A stretch of DNA of 64,000 bases, taken from assembly GCF_000150275.1 (NCBI RefSeq), contig NW_002060956.1, positions 525,379-589,378 on the forward strand, read 5' to 3'. Below, one piece after another: positions 26,834 to 37,700 of this stretch. Below the pieces are notes generated by a model. That model saw only the letters and a list, made by a program, of their open reading frames with translations, ran no database searches and had not been told where the DNA came from. This DNA comes from Trichoplax adhaerens (taxonomy: Eukaryota > Animalia > Placozoa). Both the position numbers and the translations under genes were made by a program. The stretch's first letter is position 1; every line of letters begins with the position of its first letter.

Positions 26834-29800
26834 AGTGCTCAAATTTCACCTAGTTATAGGGCTGAAATTAAGGGGAGGGTTAGTCATAATTTTATAAAAT
26901 TGATGTACTCAAAAACATGTAAGCATGATTTTTAAAAACACTCTTTTGCTATTAGCAACATTATGCATGTCGATGTAAAATAGATAAAGTCTATAAGAAG
27001 AGTGGATATCATAAATTACTAAAAACACAGTTTACGTATATTACTGTAGTTTATAATCATATTAAATATCAAGCATTACTAATTTATCACAAATTAGCTA
27101 ATTGCCAAACTAATGAATATATTTAAATCATATTGACAGAGCATCTGACTACATAGCATTTAATTATTTGAAGTTAAAGTTGAAATGTAATCTATTTTGT
27201 GTACCAATAGTTGGTTAAATATATCAATATAAATTCTAGCGGCACAGTGCAAAGTAACTCTATGGTATGGCTTCGAATAATGTCGAGGCACAGACAATAT
27301 TTTAGATGATTCCTTTTTAAAGAATGTCGATATTACTTTTAGTAATGAATCGCTACAGGATTATAAAGCGATGAAGCTCACTAAAGCACAGATTATGTAG
27401 CACAAATAAAACTTTTATCTTTGTCGCAAGTAAACCGCAACTATGACAAATCTTAAATAGTTTATATACTGTAATAGTAATAGTTAAGTTATACAGTACA
27501 TTAATATCATGCTGACAATATGTTCACATATATTCTTTTACACGCTGCTGTATACAGTTGTGTCAGCGTTGAAGCCTTTGCTCTAATAGCGAGCAGTGTT
27601 ATAAGTCTCAATAATAGCAACTCTTTTAAAACTGCTTCATGAGCCAGGCTGATTTTACAGCTTCCGATTCTCCTTAAATTTCTCCAAATCTTCCACATCA
27701 TGTAATCACAGTTTGCTACGCAATTACCATAATGATAAGTAATATTGATTCTACTGTAAGATTGATTGTGTAATTATACGTCAATATTATCGATGGCCAT
27801 GGTAATTTTGAGTGCAAACTACATGTACCGTGGACAGCAGTCTAGGCGGTATAGTTTATTATTGCTGGTTCTTACGAAGAATTTGAATTAATAACAAAAT
27901 GCCTAGCCATCCACGTTGTAATGGTAACAAATTCAATTAGGATGATACGTAAGTCAAGGCGTTATCACAATGTTTTAACGTACTGAAAAAAATTCTTAAA
28001 GTTCCGTATGATCCAAGAATGGCATTACATTATCACTATGACTACATATCGGTCTTCTTATATTGTAGAATGCTCGTTAAGATCTATGTTGCACTACCTA
28101 AGGGATTACTGTAACTTGTTGTGTTCAAATACCAAGAGTTGATTAATCCACATTGTGGTGTGGCATAATCTCGGTATTCTCAATGCGGTTTATCAACAAG
28201 TACGCCATTCATAGAATTATTAGTAAAATCCATTGCTTTTTCATCAAACGATCTCATTTTACTATGGAAAACTCAATATGAGCATATCTGCAAAAAAGGT
28301 AGCGACAGTATAAGAAAACTGACAATGTTCTCGATCCATCGCTACACGGAGATTAGGGTCTCGCTGTTCTTTCTCCTGAAACGCCAACACCGTGATGATA
28401 TACAGTAGTAGTAGTATCGAAGTTTGTATTATTCAAATCTAAGATTTATTCTTTGTATGACTTTGACTTGATTATCATCGTTTAGTGTTGTCTTATCCTA
28501 CAACAATTATTCTATATTGAACTACAGTAAGTGTCTATGCAGTTTCTATTTTTGAAACTCAGTAACAGTAGCGTCATGATAGAAGACTATCATCAGCCTA
28601 TAGTGTCAAGTATAAAAAGTTATCAATGTAAAGAAAGCTAAAGCATCCATTAATGGTCATTCATTAAACTTATTCCTCAGTAGTTTCTAGCTAGACAGTA
28701 CATCAATTACGGCCAAGGGTAGGTAGGGGTGCAAAGAGTTTCGCCAGAAAATACAGAACAGAATCAGCAGATTGTGCTGTACAGTAGTATGACTATCAAC
28801 TTTAGACAGTCCAGCAGGAGCGTTATCTTTTTCTCTATTTTAGAGTAGACTACAACTGGTCAGAGCGACTATAGATAGATAGATTGGCAATTTATTAGCG
28901 CTCTCATTACCTTACAAAGCTTTGCACTATTCAAAACATTAATAATCTTGGCTTAAAACAAGACACTACTGGATTTGACTTTGACGACAGGATGCTCAAA
29001 TACAAGTCAAATCAAGGCGGTTTTTATCATCCTTTCTATACGAACAACATGTCTATTCTACAAGATGAAATACAACTTACCACTGTAGTAATAATAACAG
29101 AAGGAATAAATGACTTGGATAGAGTGATTGCTATCACACAGTTGAAGTTTATAAGTTCAGAAAATAGTGAAAATAATGAGTTGAAATTTCCACTTGCGAA
29201 CTCAGATGGTGGCCATCTTCTCAGAGGAAAAAATCACGCATGCGCACAATACCTGAACAGCCCATGGGCGCTCCGATAGTTGATACTGTGTTAGTATGGT
29301 ACACGGAAATTATGAGAGGTTGAGCTGTCAAGTGTTTTGCACAGCACTCTATACTCTACAGTGAATACTACGCTCTATGCATACTGTACTATAGGCTATA
29401 GCAAAGTATACTTGGAGTATAGTAGTACTGGATACTTCTGGACAAAAATTGATGACACCTGTAATATGTACTCAAGGATAGATAGGAAATTTATAGTACC
29501 AGAGATGACTGTACTGAAGAAGACCTTGAAGTAGCCCACCAATTCATGACTAAATTTTACCTTTCACTTTAATCCATGAATGCAGTCATGGCTGTTCAGT
29601 GAAAAGTATAGAGAGAGAAAATCACTAGCAAAAGTGATGTCACGTAGCTAGAGTGCTGTCGTGGCGCATCCATAGAGATATTTTTTGCATACATTTTTTT
29701 CATACATCTACTACTTGTAGGAATGGGCGCATCAAACAGTCAATATTTGGAGGACCGACGGTGAACATGTGCTGGGTCATTCAGCACTTGTTACACTCTA

Positions 29801-29895
29801 AACTCACTCACATAGGCGTGAGTCACAACCCTGGGCAATTTGTGATGCTATACTGTGATATACAGTAGTAATACAGTACAGTATGGTACGGCTAC

Positions 29896-30594
29896 TACCA
29901 GGGGCTACTCGATCGAAATGATACTTCGTGCATAATAGATTGTCATCCCTGCCCTGGAAAAGAGAATGTGATAGGCTCGTACTTTGGAGGGGCTGGGTGA
30001 CAATTCTTATGCACAAGACTACACTTTTAATTGAGCAGCCCACACCGGGTGGTGTAACTTCCATACTGTACAGTGTACAGTCAGTACGTATACGTATAGC
30101 ATACAGTACAGTATGCTCCGACGGAGCAGCCCCATTTGTAATACCAGGGGCTACTCCATCGAAATGATACTTCGTGCATAATAGATTGTCATCCCTACCC
30201 TCGGAAAAGAGAAAACGATAGGCTTGTACTTTAGGGGGCTGGGTGACAATTCTTGTGCACGAGGCTACAATTTTAATCGAGCAGTCCCACACCTGGTGTT
30301 GTAACTTCCATACTGTACAGTATACAGTACAGTACGTATAGCATACTGTACAGTATGCTCCAACGAAGCAGCCCCATTTTGTAATACCAGGGGCTACTCC
30401 ATCGAAAAGATACTTCGTGCATAATAGATTGTCATCCCTGCCATGGAAAAAGAGAATGTGATAGGCTCGTACTTTGGAGGGGCTAGGTGATAATTCTTAT
30501 GCACAAGGCTACACTTTTAATTGAGCAGCCCACACCTGGTGGTGTAGCTTCCATACTGTACAGTGTACAGTATGCTCCGACGAAGCAGCCCCAT
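29896..30594. repeat. Tandem array of three ~245-bp GC-richer units with terminal and internal inverted repeats
   Basis: Units start TACCAGGGGCTACTC at 29896, 30142 and 30385. Each ends CG(G/A)AGCAGCCCC and carries an internal imperfect IR GTGCATAATAGATTGTCATCCC...GGGTGACAATTCTTATGCAC. Confidence 0.92.
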
Positions 30595-30619
30595 GCCCCG
30601 TACAGTACGTACACTCATC

Positions 30620-30641
30620 GATGACGTAGCATTACGTCATC
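30620..30641. promoter_or_regulatory. Palindromic pair of CRE/bZIP-like sites upstream of MCUR1-like gene
   Basis: GATGACGTA-GCAT-TACGTCATC, a 9-bp perfect IR ~200 bp upstream of ATG 30844. Function inferred. Confidence 0.4.
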
Positions 30642-30843
30642 AGAGACGACAGATCACGAACCAGCGACAAGGCAGAAATGAATTAACTCCATGCAATCGG
30701 CGACTGTAAAAGCGGCAGCAAGGCCAAAACGCCATTTTAAAGCTATTTTCTCAGCTATATCTTGTCAATAAATTATTCATTAGCTATACTGCATAGGCAC
30801 TGGTTAATTTTTCTACCTCAACGTATTGATCGATCAAGTTATC

Positions 30844-33650
30844 ATGATGGTAAAAGCGAAAATATGCAGGATATTATTGCGTCGTTTTCATACACGAGCG
30901 ATGTACCTTCAACATGGTAAATTGATGATATTGCCTAGCATTAATGCTGCATTCTATAAATTCAATACAATTTGAAAATGATATTCTTAATCCAACAAGT
31001 GATTGATAAACTATTCTCTATGGATAACTTTGGGGTTCGCCCGTCACTTTTATACTGTATAGTAACAATCTAAACGAAGTAATACTGATAGACTATCTGC
31101 ATAATATAGCAGAGCTGTAAAATGATGGTCATATTGCACATTAAGAGTCTATACAGTAGTACCACATTACTTGGATGTGTGTTAATCCAACAAATTATTA
31201 ATAAACTATTCTCTATGGATGACTTTGGGGTTCGTCCATCACTTTCACACTATATATTAACAATCTAAATGAAGTAATACTGATGGACTATCCGCACGAT
31301 ACAGTAGAGCTGTACAGTAAATGATTGTCGTAATGCCTATCGGAGTCTATAAAGTATACGTATAGCAGTGGCACAGTACTTGGATGTGTGTCCATTTGAG
31401 TCTAGACTTATTCACTAAGTGTTAATTGTATCGCCTCTAATTAGCTGTCACATCCAGCAATGTAAGTCCGATGGAAGCTACTACAAGCATCAGCACGTCC
31501 GCCGCCTTTGATACCCTTCAATTTGTAAAGACATTGACCAATCGAGGTAATGTCAGAATGACATGGTGAATAGTAAGTGTAAACTCATGAAATCGTTCTT
31601 CTGTCAATACAAGTACGGCAAGCAGTAAAGTATCCATAATTTAATGCTATTCTAAAGAGAAGCCAATATCTACCATGCTATATTCTTCACTAAAATAGTC
31701 TGTAGCCAATCAATCACTGTAGCTAATACGACTTTATTTGATTTAATGGTCAATGATTGATCTTAGTCATACTACTCAAGTAAACACTCTAGACGAGTAT
31801 TACTACTTTGCGGCTTATGACAATCGGTTATGTTAGGATTTCAGACACAACAAGCTGAAGTACTATCGCAAACGTTAAATCAAGTACTGGCTAATTTACA
31901 GTTATCTTTTATGGAAAAAATGGTTACCAAAGATCAACAGGTAAAAAGATTGCCAAAAAATTAGCCTTAAAAGTAATTTAACCATACATAATAATATAAT
32001 TTATTTTCATGATAATACACAAATTGATAGACCTCTGTAAATAATTATTCTAATTTCAATTTAATCGTATTATAGGACAAATTAATCTTAAAATTAAATT
32101 CGGATATTACTTCTTTAAGGTAAGTAAATAATCCATTAGGTGGTAATATTAGTAGTCTAAAGTGACTCTAATTTCGATGCGACAAAGATAACGAGGCTAC
32201 TATACGATATTGAACTAAACTGTAATATACTGCATAAGTCTTTATTGCTAACCTATAAGTAATGCCATTATATTTTAATTATGATAACTCTCTATATTGC
32301 AGCATTTATTGCATTGAATATAATCAAATTTAATTTTGACTTGATTAAAGTAATTTCAATTATGCGCTATAATAAAGGGGAAAAATACGGTATTAATTTT
32401 AGTATACGTGTACTTAATCTTGCATATCTGTGTCAGACCAGCTCAATGCAGATATCCTTTTGAAGCTTTCATATGAAAAGGCATTAGCGAGGCAACTTTA
32501 AAGTAAATGTAATGAAACTTTTTCATTATAGGAAAGACATGTTTATACTAGAGAAAAGTGAATTTGACGCGCTAAAGAATGAGAATGAGGTAGGCAAGCA
32601 GATTCAAGCCATGAGTTACAGTATCGTATCATTTTTATCATATCTTTTCTATATACCACTGTAGAAGATACTGTTTCTAATTTTCTGTATCCATTAATTA
32701 TACAATCTATTTACATAGAAGTTAAAACATGAAGTGGAATCCATTAGAAAACTGCTTAAGGTCTAACTATACTGCTTATAAATTTTACCATTTTAGTTAT
32801 CCGCAATAGCAATAAATGAATATATAAGAGTCGCATTGTTAACGAATGAAATACTTCACCGTTCTAATCAACATTTATTTCTAATATCACGCCTTCCATT
32901 CTCATGTTTCTCTTCAAAACTGCTATACTATTTTCATAGGATGAATTATCAAAAGCCAATGCTAATTTTTCATTAGATGTCAGCATGGAAAGAAGCAGAC
33001 AAAAGGAAGTTGTATGTATACGTTTTTACTCCCTACAGCGGAGATCATTTAAATTTAAATTTTAATCATATCTTACTTTACGAGTATTTCTAAATTATCG
33101 TTTACATTATTAGTGACGCTACGAAAGAATGTGTCGTATATTCAATTTGATGTAATCGTTAATTCTGATAAGTATCTATTATTAGGCTGCTGATCAAGAA
33201 CAAAAAATTAGAAATGTCAATACTAAAATCGAAACTGAGGTTATTAAAAACGTATTTCAAACATTAAAATTCTACATTCTCTCATGTTGCCTTGTAGAAT
33301 TTATTGCTTATGCCTATTTGTATGATTGTTACAATATATTTTTATTGTTCAGATCGCTAGTCTAAAAACTAGCCTAGAAAGCCACAAGTTAGATGTTATG
33401 AAGTATCTTGCAGGTACTGTTTTATTACAACATCTGTGAGTTTTTAACGAAAATAGGATGTGTACGCACTATGCAGCTTGTATAGCATTCATTGTACTGT
33501 GAAGGTCTAAGTAATAATTAATAAAGAGTTTATATACCTTAGAATTGCGATTTATCATTGTAATTAAGGAGTTTGCTGCTCTCATCTATTTTAGGTTCCT
33601 TTGTATCGTTTTTAACGATAGGATTGGCTGTCTGGAGACTGATAAAATGA
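30844..33650 (+). CDS. MCUR1: Mitochondrial calcium uniporter regulator 1 / CCDC90 (DUF1640) family, ~10 exons
   Basis: Arg-rich presequence MMVKAKICRILLRRFHTR, FDTLQFVKTLTNRGFQTQQAEVL, MVTKDQQ, RKDMFILEKSEFDALKNENE, IASLKTSLESHKLDVMKYLAG, C-terminal TM SFVSFLTIGLAVWRLIK*. MCUR1 vs CCDC90B not resolvable. Confidence 0.9.
30987..31390 (+). repeat. Diverged tandem duplication (~195-bp unit x2) in MCUR1-like intron 1
   Basis: ttaatccaacaa...aaactattctctatggat...ctttggggttcg...cttggatgtgtg occurs at ~30987 and ~31182. Confidence 0.85.
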
Positions 33651-34738
33651 TTCCTACTATTCATCTGCTGTACATGACAAGTGCGATGTTTTTATTATAG
33701 TTTGATAAGTTCCTGAATGTGCACCGATGCATACCTTTGTATAACTTAAAGAGTCTGGCTATTCAGTATTTATTTTGTAAATTATGAAATTTGAATGATA
33801 AATTTTGGATTGTGTAGTAACAATAGGAATAGCCGTGTATTTTGATGCTTACGCTGTACCTGGGGCCTATACATAATACAATATTGTGTGAAGATATGTA
33901 TAGCATTTATGTATATTATTGAATTTATGTATCAAATGATGATCCATTATAATCACATAAGAAATTTGATAGCGGATTGAACGTATCTTAGGCTCATTAG
34001 TATTATCGAAGTCGTTATCATTTTTAATGCTGCCTATTATCATCTCTATTCTTTGCATTGAATCAGTCCTATTAATATGCACCAGAGTATTTGCAACATG
34101 CTTATCTTCCTTTTTCTAAGTGCAAGTAACACTGTACTGTACTCGATCGTTTATTATGAATGAGTACATGCTGGGGCTACAAATACTGATAATAAATTCT
34201 GAATTTAATTGAATATTTCTGATTTTATTTGTGTTACAAGCAACAGTTCACATAGGATAAAATTATGAGAAATTCGCAATTTATGCAGTAAAATGTTACA
34301 GCGGATTGGTGTGGAACGCCTTCATAGATCATTCGTGTAGTATATTTGCACTCCAGCCAAAATTAAAATACGTTGCTATCATTTATCACACTTAAATTCA
34401 CATACAAATATATAAAAGTATATCAATAAGCTCTTATCGGCAACTAATAATACAGCTATGTCCTTATTCGTATATAATCCTATAGCATGTCTCTTATCAA
34501 TAGTTAAATAAAATGTTCCTAATATTGTAGTCTTTAATGCAAAGTGCATTAAGTTATTGAAAAAGGTATCAAATACTTATTTTATAGTACTACAGTAAAT
34601 AAACCGTTATTCAATCAGTCATTTATAGAGTTCAGTATCGGATTTCGAAGATTGTAATTTATTCATCCTATAGTAAAAATAAGTGTAGTAAAAAGGTTAT
34701 AAAGACATATACAGTATAACTTTTAATTTGTTAAAAAC

Positions 34739-37700
34739 TTACTTATTTGAATGGAATCTTCTAAAATAGCTTCTTGCTCTTCTAGCAGGTTTTCCTCCAT
34801 GAAACTATAGAAAATAAAGAATGTATAGATCATTCCTTAAATGGCTATAACAAAAAAGAAACAATGTCTTCTGATTGATATTAGCATATTGCAATTTTAG
34901 CATATTAACATAGAAATACTTGTTAAGACATTTGCGTATATCAATACACTATTTTACTTAATACTACAATCATTAAAACTTCAATAAACTATAGTAATCA
35001 GCGATTTCACTTCAACTCACTGTTGCATACTTCTCTCTTAAGTCAATTATCTCAAATTTTTCTCGTTCGTATGTTCCTTGCTCTTCTTGATACGACGATT
35101 CAAATGTTCCTTGATCTTCGTGATACGATCTACATTTTTCCATCGTATTCTCAGGCGATCTGAACAATGTACGAAGTGTAGAAAAAGTTTTCTGTCGTCC
35201 ATACTGTGACTTTGTCGCTTTTCCTTTTATAGTCGATACAATTACTAATAATAACGTATTCAGTAAAAAAATGTTCGAAAAGCAATAATTCAGAATAGAT
35301 TTTATATAACTCCATAATTATTTATATATTTCCTTCTATTGGCTTTCCGCTTCATTTGGTTAGGAATAAATTATTATGCTTCTGACAAAGCAAGATTAAC
35401 AAGAATATCTTAAACATAAGAGTTCGCTCACAAGTTATATTGTATTAGAAATCTTACCACACAATAAATTGTTAGCTTTATATATATGTACTACAGAAAG
35501 CGTTAAATTTATTTAATATTAAGAAGAGCTTGTTAGTGTTAGATGAAAATGCCATTAGTTTTAGTGAGTTTTATATAAATTTATGCGCATCAATAATACA
35601 GATTTTCAATATATACAACTTTAAAATACTGTATCTTCCATTAATATAACTTAAAGGCTTCATTAAATGAATTAAACTATACATGAGAAATGTTAGAAGC
35701 GACAGAAATATTCAAAAGTATAACGTATCAGAATTAGGGACTCGTGATAAGTGACAGTTTTTATTGTAAAATTTTTCCAATTAATCCTAAACGTGTATGT
35801 AAGACTTCACAGTAGATACATCAAAAGTCGCATCAGACTTACGATCATCCTAATACGATATTGATATCGTAAAGAAAGATGATTTGCATTAGTAGAGTGG
35901 TTAGAAAATATTGCAGCAGTTAGCAATTAGCGAAATCTGCGGTAGCAAAGATGTAATTTCTAGTAAGATCAATTGTCAGCGCTAAACTGTTGACATAGAC
36001 TTTTTAGGGGTTACTGGTGAGGCAGGTAAAGCAGCAGCAGCGACAAGAGCAATAGCGGTAGATGCAAAAGAAGGCGCAGCTGAAGAAGAATCTTTCTTAC
36101 GGTTTGCATTTGCTGAATGTAAATTCATAAAGGATCCTGGCCTTTTGCCGCTGTAATCCCTAATGCTAGGGTCTGCTTCTATAAAGACGAAGAAAATCAA
36201 CCATTGATGTGATAGTTAATTTTTGTGTTGAATAAAGATAACCAACTTACTGTATTTAATGATTAGCAGCTTTGCAATATCCTCATGATCATGCATTAAA
36301 GCCAAATGCAACGGTGTGTAGCCCTACGTAGAAATAACATTATGAACGTTAGCCTCCAAAAAGTAGCTCTTCCCGATAGAATTAAGCAATAGACGATATT
36401 ATACGTTGTGTAATATCAAAACATTTACCCCCTACGAGTGTTTGCGGTTGATTTTCAAAATTTAGAACGCGGTAATTATGTTAACAAAAGAGACGGATAA
36501 TAAATAATTGGTTAAAACATTTTTTAAACAGATCAAGTTAATTATGCTAAGAAATAAATTGAAATTTACATTCGATACTATAATACAGTACGTTTAAGGA
36601 GAGCTAGCACTTACATTCTAATTGAAATTGAGTTCCAGATTGTAGTAATGTTACATACGTCGTATAGATAAAAAGAAACAGTGATGGTTAAGCATAATTA
36701 TACAATACACGGAAATCTATATCATAAAACTAACAGATCTGATATTAGCATCAGCTCCATGGCCACATAGAAATCCTACCACATCGGCGTTGCCTTGCTT
36801 CGCTGCCCAATGTAATGCAGTCTATGACATTAAATGATGTGTTAAGTATTGTTTCCATCAGATCAAATTAGATCCAGCAAATCATGATTGTAGTCTATGG
36901 TATCACTTACATACTACGAAATATGCCCGGGTACGACGAATATCCAACATTAAATTAATTTAAAATAGATTTAGAAAGCATTACTCTAAATATCATCTAT
37001 CCTTATTAGTAAGTTCTAGTGTATAAGCGCTAGATATTATATAGGCTGAAAGAATATAGCTAAACAGACATTTTATATTCGAAATTGAAGATAAACGATT
37101 TGTGCTAAGAGAGGATAATTCCTATACTAATATGTTAGCAAGTAGTTGTGAAGCTTGAGCGATTCTTATTTCAACTCACCCCCTATATCGAAGATAAATA
37201 ATAAGTATGATTTACAGATATATGATCGATAGCATAACCTAATAATATTTATTTGCAACACATCATAATATATACTGTATACTGTATATAGTAAGTCTGT
37301 ACTGTATTCAATCAGGATCAAACGTACCGAAACAAAATCTCGTCTATCAAGTAAAGATTCATCTTTCTCTAAAAGCGTCTTTAATAAATGAATATTACAC
37401 ATTGATGACCATCTCATCCAGTCATGTTCCTCAGCATCCAGCTACAACATCCAATAACATCAACAGATAAAGTATGAGTTATGTTTCTATACTATATTTA
37501 CAAATACAGCTATTAAAATACAATAGAATAATCGGAGATTCATACTGTAGTGAATAATGATTTTAATTATTTTGATGCACTACTAAGGAGAAAATATCAC
37601 TTTTCAGCTAAATGTAGAATACTCAACAATCATACAGTTCTATGCATAAAATCTGTGTAATTACATGTAATAATAGATACACGCATAACAATCTTGAAAT

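Noticed and set aside
28992-29279. 95-aa ORF upstream of AP1G1
   Set aside because: No recognisable motif or exon context.
29804-30292. 162-aa minus ORF and overlapping 79-aa plus ORF
   Set aside because: Both lie almost entirely in the tandem repeat; the peptide repeats only mirror the DNA repeat and no domain is recognisable.
29896-30594. CRISPR-like or hammerhead retrozyme interpretation
   Set aside because: No unique spacers, eukaryotic context, and no CTGANGA/GAAA catalytic core seen on either strand.
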